Shown in pieces: positions 1-15,300 of a stretch of 64,000 bases of DNA (the first letter of the stretch is position 1; each line of letters starts with the position of its first letter). The stretch comes from Styela clava (taxonomy: Eukaryota). The notes under the pieces were generated by a model. It was not told the DNA's origin. It was given only the letters and a program-made list of their open reading frames with translations, and searched no databases. The DNA is taken from positions 9,424,001-9,488,000 of the forward strand of contig NC_135257.1 in the NCBI RefSeq assembly GCF_964204865.1, given 5' to 3'. The translations under genes and the position numbers were made by a program.

Positions 1-354
1 AAAGGCATACTTTTTTTTATAGATTTGACTATTTTTTTTTTGAAAACATTCAGAATGACTTGGCTCAGGTCACTTCAGCAAAACTAGATTTTCACTGAAA
101 TCACAAAAAGCCTCAGGTTGGATGACTCGTACAGCCCCACAATGTATTGCCGTTGCCTGACTAAATAGACTCAAATCAGGACATATATGCATATATATAT
201 GCCAGATGGCCTTGAACTTAAATTAAACTTAAATAAGCGACTCAACTATAACTAAACAACAAAAAAATTTAATTGAACAAAATGTCAATTTTAAGCAACC
301 CAACCCATTCATAACTGCATTCTGTCACATGAAATATTCCAATATGATTCATAC

Positions 355-3300
355 CTGTATTCTTTCTTAGGTTTTTCTTTCTTCATTGCAAGCAAATATT
401 GCGAAACTGAACTGGTTGGTGATGATGTCATTGTTTCTTTGCTGGGGCTGTTAGAGCTGAGAAGCAAAATAGACATGATCAAATATTACATATGAATTAT
501 AAAAACAAAAACAACTAAAAAAGGAATAATAAAAATTAAGTTTCATATTATTTAAGCACTTCCCTGATGGAAATAAATATTGATTTTGATATAAGAATGA
601 GGCACACTCATTAAAGGTGCATGGCCAAGGAAAGCCTGGGTCTCGTATAATTTCGCATCTCAAGTACTTCTAGTGGGCGTAGCATAACAATTTTAGCACA
701 TGTCAATCCTAACCCCACCATTCAAAAATTACGCCCATTAGGAGTACTTGAGGTTCGAAACTGCACAAGACCTAAAAGACGCAACTATGTTGGTTTCGCA
801 GGTAAAGATATCAGGTTTCAAACCCCAGATTCACAATATCACCCAGGTAAATTGAGCTCGTAGATCAAATCAGAAAGATTTTGTCCTTCTGAAAATACTA
901 GTCGCTCTGATCAGATAAACATTGGTATTAATGAATCTCAATTAAACTGACCTTATATTTTTTGTCATGGAATACAAATGTTGTTCAACAGAAGTGGATG
1001 GCGATGATCTTCCGAGTATAATTGAACCGTATGGATTTTCCCCAGCTGGATGTCCATTTCTTGCGAAATATTCTGCAAGTGATTCATGGTCAATTAAATC
1101 ACCATCAGGTCCTGAGGAAAACACATTTGGCTTGATATAGGATTTAAGGATTGTATTTACCAAAATGGTAAATATTTGGAATTACTTGTTGGAAAATTAA
1201 ATAACAATGTTTGCAAAACTTCAAAAATAACCAATTTCTTATTATATTAAACTTTTTTATTCAAAATTTTCTACATATTTAGAAGCGTGGTGTCGTAATG
1301 GTTGAAGCGTTATACTCAACCATGATGGCATCGCAGGCTGAAATATCAGATTCAGATACCATGCCCACCAGTTTACTCAAGATGTAACAAATAGCGTAGG
1401 CCATGCCAAATCATAAAGATTCCATTCTATTCAAAATAAGGTAGCTCCTACCGTATCAGTAGTGGCTTGTGCAGAGCAAAAAAGCATATAAATATGTCAT
1501 ATAAATAATTTCTCTGGTTTACATGTATAGCCTACTAACCTTGCCCTTCACCATTCTGCAAAAGCATTTTCAAAGCTCCATTTCTGTGAGGATTTCCTTC
1601 ACCCAGGATATGATTTAGTCTGCTTTGGTTAGAAAATTCAATAAGTGCTCTTGTTGCTGGGTTACTATCTGAGTTCGCTTGCTCTCCATTGCCAGATGAA
1701 TTTTCTGCATTTTCTTGTTTGATCAAAAGCTGATCGAAAAATGAGAAGATATATTTGGTCATTATATCATCTATATGTGCCTATTTTTAAATATAAAGTT
1801 CTATCACATTACACTGAGCTCTTGGATGAATTGACTTGGTATTGTAGAGAAGCTCACATAAAAATTTTTCGAAACGTTCGAAGCATCTAGTAAAGAATTT
1901 TTCGAAATGGCCCTCAGTCCCCCAAGGAGCAGTTCTCTAGGAGCCACAAGCAAATGACATCGCCCATTTCGATGACTATATTAATTTAAAGTAATGGCTG
2001 TGATTTGTTTAATTAAGTATTTGACTGCATGCATGTACTTTATTGCTTTCATTTGCTGGCGTTTTTTATTATTACTGTAATTGTGACACATAAAATAACT
2101 GACGAAAATGTGTTGACAAAGTACTGAAGGTGTTTGACGGGGGCTTCATTTCATGAGAGTTTGAGGACCATTCCCATTCGAGTCAACATCACTAGCCAAC
2201 TTGATGTCTTAAACTTATTCATCCAAAATAATGTAAAGGGACTCTTAAATTGCTTTCAGCATCTGACCAACTGATGTTTAAGAACTTGTGAAATTTGGGT
2301 ATTTTAGGAATTATTTATAATACAAAATATTCATCCACACTGCGAAGAAAAACTCACATTGTCTGATTTTCCTTCAGGACTCAAATCATGAGGTTCATCA
2401 TTGACGATAGGTGATCCAACACCAGTTACATCTTCACCTCGATTACTGTTTGTTCCTGATTGATTACCAGGTGATGGAGGTGTGTTTATTAGCTCGCATT
2501 CCTATAGAAAGAATTATATAGGATATTATATTATATATATATTTATCAACATAACCAGTCTTAAAGTAGATGATGGTGATTTGATATGATGACAGTTTTG
2601 TAGTTCCTATGTAATGTAAAAGGCAGAAACTACAGGAAAGTTTGGAAATCTCTACCGTTTGAGCCTACTTCATACATGAATCCTTTGGTGCATTTGTGCT
2701 GACCAATGGATAAATTTGTCCCTCATAATCTTATATGGTTAATGTAATCATGTCAAAGAGTGCTAACCAATGTGCCTTGTTGAAAATTAAAAAAAAAATT
2801 TGAGACCCTTTCTGTTGGATATTCTCAGGTTTTAATGAACTCTTATAAATAAAAATATGAAAGCAACAAATTTACCACAAGAGGCCACAAGACATTTGAT
2901 AAAAAATACCCTTTATAAGAGCAATTTGAGACAGTGAAAAGTAACATAAGTAAGAAAGTGAAAAATGACAACTTTGCAAATTGAAAATTCCATTTGCGAA
3001 ATTGGATTTTCTGTAGTTTAATAAGGTTTCTATTAAATTTACCTGATTGTCAGAGTCTTTGTTAGGAAGATATCTCTGATCAGGTATTGCAGGAAATGTA
3101 TTCTGAGGTGATACATGGCCATGAGTTACAATAAATTCTTGGCATTTGTCAACAACATATGGAATCTGTAGGTAGCAAGCTGAACATAATACCTGAAATA
3201 CAAAATAATAACTTATTTAAATTAAATGTGTAAGTAGCGTTTCTCAGTAAATACTTTTTTTTGAGTGACAAATCATGTATAAAGAGTGAATCGAATGCTT

Positions 3301-6300
3301 AAACATTATATCACACATGCTTTCGTCATATAAAGCAATTTCATTGAATGACTAAAACCAGAGAATTTCCCCAAATTGGGAAAACTATTACATCTTCGAT
3401 ATTTATATTCTATGCATTACAACAATGTGTAACAATACAAATGAATGGAATCATAAGTTTTCTCTGTCAAAATTGTGAAATTTGATGTGACGTAAGCTAA
3501 CTTTATCGTCCGTCCGTATATATGTGGACCAAGCATATTATTAATCAATCAAGATATCGCCTTCAAAAATTGGGGGACAGCCAACTTTTTGCAGAAGTAA
3601 CAACAATATAGAACTACCCGATATACTGATTATGTTTGAGTTATGATTGAAAATTGCATCAAATCTACAATTTATGTAACTATATTTTACAAAGTTTAAG
3701 CTTTTTGTATTGACATATTCAAATCATAAGACAAAAGGTACAAAGTTCCAAGAAATCATAGGGAAATGCCAACCAAGATCAGCCAATTAGTCATGAATCA
3801 CGAGGGGTTTGTATGGTACATACAAATTTACATTAACAAATTTGAGATGAAAAAGACAATAGGCACAATTGACGCATTTGTGTAGGCACTGCACTTACTG
3901 CTTAAGGATAACGGAAATAAGGGTTATATGCATGCGTGAATTCCGTGTCATATTGAAATTACCTCATGCAAAGTAAAATATAGCTAACATAGAAACAGAC
4001 TTTGTCATATTTTTTTATCTATTGAAATAACAACTCATCAACCACCTTGCTTTATTATTAGACCATGAAACACCACTTATCGAATATAGATCATAGCAAA
4101 TTCAAGTAAATGTACAAGAAATGTTTTAACATCTCTGGGGATCTTCTCTAAAGCGAAAGCGGTTACTAGTTACTACTTAACAAATTTGTTCATTTACGGG
4201 GGATCATGTAATTCACAATCTATCATCAGCATAGCAGAAATAGGATGGGGTAAACCTGAAACAAACCGGATAAAAGTAAACTATAAACTTTTTTGAGCTT
4301 GGAGTTACCAAAATTAATGAAATCCCCTAGGTGTGCTTGAACAAAAAAGAATGATACACTGAATGACACAAAAATGTTCCCATATTTCCCATTGTCCCTT
4401 GGGCATGATATCTCCTGAATTTCTCACATATTTTCAACACCAACCAACTTATCATCAAATTAGTTTAATATAAATTTAGAGATATTCCATTTGGATACAA
4501 CTTGGTAGACGCAACATCATTAATGCCAAGTATATGCAAACCAGAATGCTATATATAGGCACTACTGGAAAATTATCTATATTTCCCCAATCTAAATGAT
4601 TGCATTATGACATGAAAAGACATGTTTTAAAATTTCCTCCTGCTATGTATGGACAATGGATAGAGCAGAAATTAGTATCACAAGAATTTTTATTTGAATC
4701 GACTAGCAGGGAAGCGTACCCATTTCACGCACAACAGCATGAAATGTCATTCTGAACTTTTTTGAGACGATTTTACATATTCTAGAATGATTCTACCTTA
4801 TGAAGTATTAAAAAAACTATTAATAAGCCCCAATTCTAACGCCCTATTAATATTGCTTTTCACAGTATTACATGACGAAACACATGAACAATATCGTGAA
4901 ATTTACATGCCTGAAGCCAAATTGCTCCCAAAATTGAATGTATTAAATAAAGGTTATAATTGACCATATGTGTCATGCAATTTGCATAGTAGTAGGTCAT
5001 ACGAATCATCAATCCCTGACAAAAATTTTACAGGAAAATCGAGGTCAAACATAGCGAAGTCAAGACTTGTTAAAACATGTTTATTATTCAATCGAAAGCG
5101 TTGGCATTATTATTGGCGAAAGAACGTTAAACGATTTATTCAACCTAACTGCATTGTCGTGGGTGTCCAAAGCGCTGTTAACCAGTTACAATACATAATA
5201 CTCCGTCCTGGTTTAACCAACTTAATGACCTAAAAACCTCAAACGACCTCACTGAAATAATATAAATTGATGAACAGCGAATTAACATGAATTTAGCTAT
5301 CAATGCTTGCATTTACATTTTCCCGCCAAACCAAGATGGTCGCGCTCTCATACCTGTATGACCGGCCATTGATGTAGGGCGACACCGCTGCTCTGCACAG
5401 TACAATAACAAAATTATATTAACCACACAATGTATGGTATATCATAAATGATGGCAAACGATACGATATTTTTAACAGTACAAAATATTTAATATTAAAT
5501 CTTGTTCTGAATGTTTTTTCGACGGGGAAGAACGCCAAAAATCGTGACGTTTGTTTTGCGGGTTTCCGGACGTCAAATTCCGGCAATGCTCTCTCGTGAC
5601 CTGGACACAATCATCATGTTAATTCAGTTTGATTCATATAACTTTGTCGAAAAAAGGTTAGAAAAATAATGGGTATAACTAAAGCAGTCCACTTTATATC
5701 GATGTTTTTCAAATATTATTGCGTGTAGCTCCAGACATTGCCCATGGGGTATAGTTGAAAACGTAAAATGTATAAACACGAGTTTTTATCTTTGACTATT
5801 CTGATCATTGACCAAGATAATTTATATTACTGTATTATCAAAGCCTGTTTTGTCGTAGAAATGTAAGGATACAAAAAATTCCGAATTAAATTCGTTAATT
5901 CGATCGCAGCCGATTTATTTGAACTAAGAAAGTTAACTTAAACGGTAATCGCGGCCTTGTCTACTTCGATTCGTAAATTAATTATTAAGGATATTTTGTC
6001 ATCACCAACTGCGATTGTACATGGCTATGTACCAGAACAAATGGGATAAAAAATAAATATGATAGACGATGCCAAAGTCTAGTTTTTTGATGATGCGAGT
6101 GAGTCGATGTACTAACACAGTGGCAAATGTTTTTAGCACAATGTTCCTGTTTTTCGCACTAAAATTTCATAGAACCGCCCCGGGGCCTAACCGCCACTTA
6201 CGCGTGGCCTTGATCACCCACACCAATGCCATATGACGAAACGTCATAAAATTCTGAAAACAGAAAAACAACTCCTAATTAGGAATTAGACAGCGTTTGT

Positions 6301-9300
6301 AAAATTAATTTCATCTCAGAAAAGACCGCGAGTCTGCGACTGGGTGACGGAAATGATGATGGTAAAATGAAAATCTATTCGGGCCGGTCTGTGGAAAAAG
6401 TCGCCGAAGTCGTGTTATGGGAATGGTCCTTGGGGCATAAAATGATCAAAAACTGTATTTAAAATTCATTTTGGTTATAAATATTTTTTTTACAAGTAAT
6501 CGGTGCAATGTAGAGATGGTAAACCATTACAATCTTGAAAACACAGGTTATCATGAAAAGCAAGTTTTCATAATGCTTCTTTTTCAATTATTCATTTTTC
6601 AATTCAAACAGTGAAAACACACAAGAATATGTAGTATTTCATTTTTATCGTAAATGAAAACAGCATATTCAAAAATTTACTGTTTAATTATGAATAACGC
6701 ATTTGTGACGACGAGTGAAAATATTGCCGTGATGGTTAATTAATATATTTCCAATCATGTTCCGATTATATTCAATACAACGAATATTTTGGTCCGGCGC
6801 GTGATGAGGCCAATCACAGAAAATTAAAATAGCTGGGTGCTTCAGTAGTTTGGGCATAATTAGACAAACGAAACCATTACATCGATAACAAACGCTTTTA
6901 ATATTAACAGGACACGATTTCAGTAGCACAAAAATGCCTTAATTGGTGGGGATTACAAAGTGTTCCTGTTAGCCTTATTCTCGTGATTTCTAGAAGTAAT
7001 TTAGGCTCACTCGGGGCGATTTTTCTACATGAGGAACACGCACGCGCTTCTCATAACTTAAGAGTAAGAATAGCCAGAGGGGTTGTCATGTTTTTGGGTG
7101 GTAAGAAAAAATAACTGACGTCGGTCTGGGTGCTTAACAAAGGTTTCTGCGGAAAACAACACTAACAGCATATACGATGCCCTAGAGCAGTGATTCTGAA
7201 ATTGTTTTCCGTATTCTGTCTGTGCCCACCTTAAGTTCTGAGTTCCAACAAACATTCCACTTTTCAAAATTTGAAAATTAAATAAGGGGAAAAAATATTT
7301 ATTACCTCGGATATGTTAAACAAATGGTGATAACCGACAAGTAAAAAAATGTCGATTCATTTTTTCGTGGGATCGCTATTTGAGAAACCTTTCTCCTACA
7401 ATCCACAACCAAAGACGCATTTCATATTTTACTGGGCACGTGTGCAAGGTGTGCACTTTAATCCGCCGACTTCATGTCAAGACCAACCCAGTAATTTTGA
7501 TTTTCAATTGGGTGACTGGCGGTAATAATTACAATTCGGAGAAAAATGTAGATAATTCGCGATCCTTGGCCTGTCTTCCTATAAAAATTTTACTTTGCGA
7601 TAGCCCGGGGCCAGAACATTTCCGTGACCCAATGAAAAAGTTTCAGCTGAAAAGTAAAAATTAAATTAATGACGTTTTAGATTGTGAATAGAATATAACG
7701 AAAAGTGAAGTTTCGATTTTAAATTTGGCAAACATCACATAATTTAAGTCTGAGACTATTCGTTTATATTATTATACTATATAAACGACCAAATACTCGT
7801 TCAATGCCCGTTTAGAGTTAATCCGAGTGCATCCATATAAGATTTATCCGCGCGGTATGCCCGTTACAATTAATCACAACGGCATCTTCGTTTGACCCTT
7901 CATATAAATCGAACCCTGCGGCAAGCCAATACGATCCAACCACTTCACGCATCCGCGCAGTATCCTTATTTTATTTACCGCGAATAGCCTGCTCAATATT
8001 ATTATAACAATGGTAAAATATAATAAAGAATATCATATTCACTCACTCCATATTAGCGATGCTTGTTTGAAACATGAGACGCTAAGGACCTCTCCCCCGT
8101 TTCCCATACAATTAGTTTGTCCCCTGTCGGCCACAAGAGATTTTTCGACCCATGAGGATAAAACATTGTTCACGGAACGGTTTGAGTAGATGCGAAAATA
8201 ATGCCAATATCGCAAAGGCCATCCTTGGCCAAACGTTTACAAATTGCCAAAATTGTAAGATTAGCCAACTTTTTCACATCCAATCTATGATTGGCCGCAT
8301 ATATAGGTGTGAACTAATTGTGACAACTTGGAAATAGTTATCGATTAACGGTACTTCGTTTAGAAATGGTCCTACGTGTGAATATTTTATGTTAGGCGCA
8401 ACTATAACACCCGACTAATGTTTTAAAAGCAATATGACGTTTCCTCCGCGGTACCAAAAGCTCCCACAATAAATATATCAATATTATGCCGCCCCACATA
8501 CCATTAACTGCAGGAAACGCTGTGTGAATAACAACCGCGCGCGAAATGGAGACGTTTTAGCGTGGGAGTGTTAAATTAGCTGCCGACGACACCCGTTGGC
8601 CTATCTACTATATTAATTTTGGCCTGTTAGAGGAGTAAAATGCATTCAATATTGTAATTATACTACACACGATAATCTATCATTATTTGTATTTACAAAA
8701 CCATAATTTTGTATTATTGAATGTAATCGACATAAAAATTTGAGACTAAAATAAACAAATTCTCTACCAGTGCGAGGTTGCAGATTTTCATACGAAATAT
8801 TTTTTTTGTTAAATTGGTTAAACAAAATGTACCAAATGTTAAGTGGTAAGTGGTAAACGGCCCCATTATTAGCCATGAGCTTGGTCCGAAATAATTTTAA
8901 TTGTGTTACTAAGTTCGAAGATGAAAATTCCTGCGTCAAAGAGGCTAAATTCTCCTAATTCATCACAACGCAGCATAAATAATAACGACCATAATAGAAA
9001 TAAATTCACACACATTTCCCCTCGAATTTCAAATTTCGAAATCACCATAAAGCGTTCAATTGGGTATGTATGTTGTAAGAACATAATATCAATTGCGTTG
9101 CCAGCTAGGAATATCTCACTACACCCTAGGGAGTGTGATACACTATCATGGGAACAACAACACATCGACAAAGTGGGGTTTTTATTGTACGATTGACTGG
9201 TAACTAAACGGACTGGTTGTTCTCAAACACTTGAAAGATATACGGAGCGAGCTAACAGCGTCCCACTCCTAGATAAAAGTTGAATACCCTGTAGAGTACG

Positions 9301-12300
9301 CCGGCACGATTGAAATAACAAGCAAGATTAGCTATGAATGGCGTATCAAAGAATATCGACAAGGCATGGCCGAATAGACAACATGGATTAAAATGAACTA
9401 TTCATCGCCAGAAAATATGGGACGATGCCGGTGTTGTATTAGGAATATATAAATATATAACATATGGCATATACTAACAGTGCATCATTGGCCCAGGTGT
9501 AGCGGGGTCCATTTCGACCATATTTTCTATTCTACTTACGCAGTTTTACAATGAGGGTGAGGTCGAGCAGAAGGCAAACAATGGCGCAGCAGTCGTTCCT
9601 CCCTCGCTTGGGTGCCTATTGTGTAGTCGGACACGCCATTGTGCTACCCGTGGGGTTGTGCCATACGCGTTTTGGCACAATGGGATATTCATAGAGTGGC
9701 CTTTGATTCACACTGAAACGGAATTCTTTTCTTTTTAATTGCCGGGAGTAACATCGACACGAATAGCTTTTGATAGAGGGTTTACCCATACTTCGGAATT
9801 CAAAAGTATCCATTCCAATAGGAAGACTAAATTACTGACAATAAATTGAATATATGTCGGGTGGCGCGGTAAAAAGGTTGAATAACGCAGCCAAATAAAC
9901 CTCCCTACGTGCTGTGGCACATGACTCCGACTGGTTGGTTGCCTTAGGGTAAATCCTATCCTTGTAAGAATGTGTTCATTTCATCAGCATATACATATAT
10001 ATATATACGTCATTTGGTATGATGAAATCCAATTTGAAGATGGACTTAAATGTTCATCGTACTTGGTCATCGTCGAGATAAGAGTTTTGGGGAGTTTTTG
10101 GTGACTGACTGATTTAAATTACTGTATAAGAAAAAAGAACATAGAATGATTGGGAAATCACGTTTACTTATAAAAATTCTACTCGCGTTGTTCTATATAA
10201 ATTACCCGACAAGGTGTTCACCGCATAGTATTAATAATTTTTGTTCAAAGGAAAAACGGAATCGAAATGTCATGATCAGACGCCTCTTACATTTTCAACA
10301 TATAAATTATGTAGAGAAATGAGCACACAACACTGGCGCATACAGATTTATCTAGAAAGCTAGAATTGAAAAATGTGAATACCATTGAGTCAATGATGGA
10401 ATCCCCATTTGAGGGACAAGTCAATTTTGATATTTGAATAATATTATGACGATATTTTTAGAGGCCTCGTTTATATATTACAATCGCAGAGCTAAGCGTT
10501 AATAGGTGTTCTTGGTTGATTTCGTCAGATTGGGCTGTACTTTCAAGATTAGTGTCCTCTATCTTATGTCTCAATATGGAATAATATGCGATAAATCAAT
10601 ACTAAAATCCAGTGCATAAATATAACAGTCATCGCCCGATTGTCTCTTATAAAATACAAATGACATAAAACGGAAATGACCCAGTGCCATATCTCTGTAC
10701 ATATGGGATGGGTAGTGAGCGGCGTGGGATATATGAATCATATCATAAAACGTACAGCGAACTCCCATACAGCAGGAAATCATTAGAGCACACACGAACA
10801 TCGGCGCCAAATGAATACTTTGCTCCCTGTTTCGATTCGCGTCGTGGGTGTGTTAGCAAGTGGTAAAACAAATTATTTTGGACTTTGGAAGGCATTTTTG
10901 GAAGGCCGATAATTTTTGTGGGACAGTTTTAAATACGTAAAAATCATAGATTAGGTCAAATTTCACACTTCTTGAACTTATTCAGATTTAGGCAAATTTT
11001 GAACAAAACCATATTCTCAAATATTGCTGTAAATGAAGATGCCTTTACTACGGTTCCATTCAACCTTTGCATGTACTTGATTGAAAACAACTTGCGCGCG
11101 TGAAATGTAACATCATTATGACATGCAAACCCCATGCTTGGTCGCAATTACTAAAGAGTGAAGTAAAGAATGAGGAAAATAGGATTTAGTGGGTGTCCTC
11201 CACTCCCCATGGGAGGTCGATTGGAATATAAATAACAAACGCAACGCGGGAGTGCTCCTATACAGTCCGTTCCCTTTTTCTATGCTCACGTTAATTATTG
11301 ATGAAGCCCTTTTCTGAGGTTCAACAACCCCCGTTCCGTACTTAAGTGGGAACCGCGCTGCGCTATCCCATCGCACGAGGCGCACATACCCGACAACACC
11401 CAATGCAAAGGTATTTCGAATTTCAGCAACTAAAAAAATGACTATTGAAAAGAGTGGTAAAGTCCAATACACCGGGATATGTACCGATATACCAAGTAAT
11501 TCCACTGAAAATATAAATGTGAAATAGTTAGCCGAACTATGTATTTTAATTATTCACTCATACTAAACCAACTGGCTAAATTACCGCAAATGTGTACATC
11601 TGTGCAATACCCAAAGCCCGTAATGAACACAGCTTGCGTGAAATGAAAAGGCTATCAAAGTTGGCCGCAGATGTGCTTTGTTATAACCAACCCCACAGCG
11701 GGTTCGATTTTTCAAGTGGCCTGGAATTTCGGATCTGTATACTTAACATTCACCAATATCCACCCTCTTTCCGCTACGCGCTTCGCAGACCTTTCCTTAA
11801 TTGGCGGAAATTGAAGCCACTTGGGGCCTGGTCTGCAATAACACTACACCCTTCGCCTATTACGCTTATTTATATTGCGCCGTGTGGCATCAGGTACTTA
11901 AAGTTAATTATACTACGAAACCCAGTTTTGATCGACTTTCAGCAATAAAAACTGACGAGCGTCCTTTTGCCCTTGTTTTCATATTGGATTCGTTTTATTG
12001 ACCCTGCACATTCCCCGGGGTGGTGAAAAACAGAATGGAAAGATCGATTGAATTCCTCGAAGTGACCATAGCACTGCCAAATGCAATGACGCAAAATTGA
12101 AGATGTGGTTGAATAAGCGTTTCCCCTGTATCACAAAGTATTGCATAATACAATGATAAATAAAGGTATCGATCAAATGTGAGAAATTACAACAGATCAT
12201 CATAAACATGTAACATTCAACTAGACAGGAGGCCCCGGTTATTTTACACCTGTCCCGAATATAATCATTTCGAAGAATCATTTTTATCGATTTACACCTC

Positions 12301-15300
12301 TTATATATACAAATATGTAACTTTATGTTCATCAAACCTAATTTTAATCGTAAAAAGATGGATTTAAAACACAGATGCGTAGTTTAGATATTGATCAAAC
12401 TTAGTTGGCGTTAGTTATAGTTGCCCGTTTCCGTGCAACGGCTAAACCGGGGTGTACACATAACACTACATCGAGTGTAGCGTTTTATCGTGCTCGCCTT
12501 TGGTCTACCGGAAATCGGGGTTACGCAAGTGAAACGCGATTTAGAACGTTCAAAATAGGCGCTTAACCTTGTACATACTGTATATGCATTATGGTACTGC
12601 CTACCAACAATGGGAGATCTAACAATAACGTAACGCGACAATGCCACGGTTTATCGAAATTTGAATATATGTGTTCGATGAAAAGTCTGACAGTGACTAT
12701 TTTCATTTAAATTATAATTGACTGTTGTATTACTGGAATGACGAAACTGCGACCAGTAAAGTTATCAGTTACGCAAAATATCTCCTATTGCACAATATTA
12801 ATGTTGCGTGTGGCGCATTAAAATTAAAACACGATTTCTGATTTCATTTTACATTTCGGGGATACTTTACCAAGAACGAAAAGACTGCTTGTTGGGCGAC
12901 ATTAAGATGAATGAGTCACCGAATATGGTTCAAATACCATATTGGGATATACCATACATGAGGTACTTATTGTCACAACGAAAACGGGAAATTCTGTAAG
13001 TTAGTTGGCCCGATGAACATGGGTTATCAATCTTTGTGAAAATCGTTACCATCTACCAAAAAGTTGATCTGAATGGTAAACTGACAACCCGGAAATGTCC
13101 TTTCCAACAAATGGCAATATTTCAATTTCTTAGATACACGAGATGGCCCACATATTTTGAAGAAAATCGAGTTACATAAAGATACTTCCAGCTACAGCCC
13201 ATATTCGGCAGTGCCAAAATAGGCGAAATTTTTCTCTTGATTGGAAAATTTTGCCTTTCTCCCGCATGCTCCAACTAAACCAGTTATAACTTGGAGGCAC
13301 GACAACACATATTTTTCACTTCCGATCATTAAATTAATCCTCAATCCATTAAGTTCAAAAATTTGCTTTGTCATTTTGACCCGATATTTCAAGTGTTTTG
13401 GGATAGCAATTTTGCACGCGATATGAAGTTTCGGTTTGTGACTGACCCGATCTAAATTTATCGTGTTTTATTAAGTTGGGTGAAAGCTTTGCGTCATATT
13501 TTCCATTCGCGTGTCAGAGAGACATAAAATTATAATTTTCTGATTAAAATTTATTACGGTAATTAAAATAAAATGCTGTAACTATTGTAATCCATATCGA
13601 TTACAGTTCTGGGAATGTTATAAACGGGATAATTTACATCGATATAAATATAAAGTTTCGTATTGCGGCGACAGTTGCAAAGTAATATTTTACAATTTGC
13701 AAATTACAATTAATAACTTTACTTAGTAGTTCATCGAAATAAATCATACCATGTAAAGCGTTAGAAAATAACCGAACAGGACATTTTCCTGGAGAGGATA
13801 AGGAGTGAGTACTTATCACAAAGAATTTACAAATTGAATTCATCCAAACTCACGTATTTCTGTATGCTATTTGACCGTGAATCAAAAACCGAACAAAAAC
13901 AGCACAGAGATGGAGAAAGGGTAAAAATGATACGCAGAGTAATAAATTTGAATGCCCACTTATTAGGTAAAAAGCAAAACGACATTACGCCCATGGGCGA
14001 AGAATCAACGAATTCGTTGCAATCGAATCAATAACCACGTGACCAGCTATGGTTAGAACAATCGAGAACTTCGGTGAGGTACTTGGAAAATTTTATTGTT
14101 TTTTAATTCGGACTACTTCCCTTGATAGCATGCAAATAGTTTTATATCGTAACAGGATTGCCTTTCTAAGGTTTTGGTAAACTTATGTCTATCCACATAA
14201 ACGTTATAATATATGAACAGTGTTTCAAGGATCCGTTAAAGTTCGAATCTGTAATACGTATTGTAACATACAAGACAAATTATTCACTTCGAGAGGTAAG
14301 TTCAATTAACCGATCTATTTAATAAGTAATATCTTCTAAACTGAAGATTGGATTATCTGCTCCACAAAAAGAATAACGTGAAATGTTGTTGTCAACAGCA
14401 GTGTCTGTTTTCCGACCCAAATCGATTGACTCTATTTTGAACTCAAAACGAACCGCAGACTTAATTAACTTACAAATCTGAGATAGAAAATTAAATGTTT
14501 GGTTAAACGCATACAGTCAAGTATAAATATCCTTAACTATAGATATTAAACTAGATATAGTGGAAAAGTCACAAAAAGGGTTCCAAATTTGAGGGTATTA
14601 ATTTTTTATATTTTTAATATATCGCATGATTGTCTAGCATAGGAAAAATCCACCAGAAATACCAGCGGAAATACCCCATTATGGAAACAATCCACGGAAG
14701 CTAACAAAATCGGGTACGCGCCCATTCAGATTGACTCATTCAACGCCAATACAATGCATAATACCATATGTGGAAAACATTTCAACCTCGGAAAGGGCCT
14801 TTCATTAGTATGACCGAGGTCGCGCAGGGTTATGAACCCCAGACCTCGAACCTAAATGTCCCAAATCAACCTCATCCGTTTATTCATTTTTCATAAATAA
14901 ATGGCTTCCGCGTTCGAAAATATCTAACTACCTAAAATATACATTGAATCGTCGATTAAGTGGACGTTTTTTTCCTGTAAAAATATAATGAAATGGAGTT
15001 TAAGGAGAACGGATTTTTTTTTCGAATTAACACGTCCATAACCAGGAGTAAATTTCGCATAAAAAAGGAATCATACGTAAAATTTGGTACTACAATCGTT
15101 TAAAAAAATCATCAATGCAAAATGGTGGTTATTTTGAATGATCATTAGAGACACTATATTTAGGAATTATGCTATCTTTTAAATTAACAAGTCCGATAAA
15201 CAAACAGCAACACGGGATTAAAAAACAAACTAAAATACTGCACACGTTTTTGAAAATTCACCGATACGCGATATGAAACTACGTGATGGCATTTTGGCAA

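Noticed and set aside
4195-4255. Cassette exon (GLPHPISAMLMIDCELHDP) in the BTB gene
   Set aside because: Its open frame is phase 1-2, incompatible with the phase-0 junction, and the BTB domain is complete without it.
9671-12800. miRNA seed-like words (TTTGGCAC at about 9671, TATTGCAC at about 12786)
   Set aside because: The sequence after the seed does not match the miR-96 or miR-92 mature sequences I know, and there is no pre-miRNA-length hairpin. Small-RNA data would be needed.
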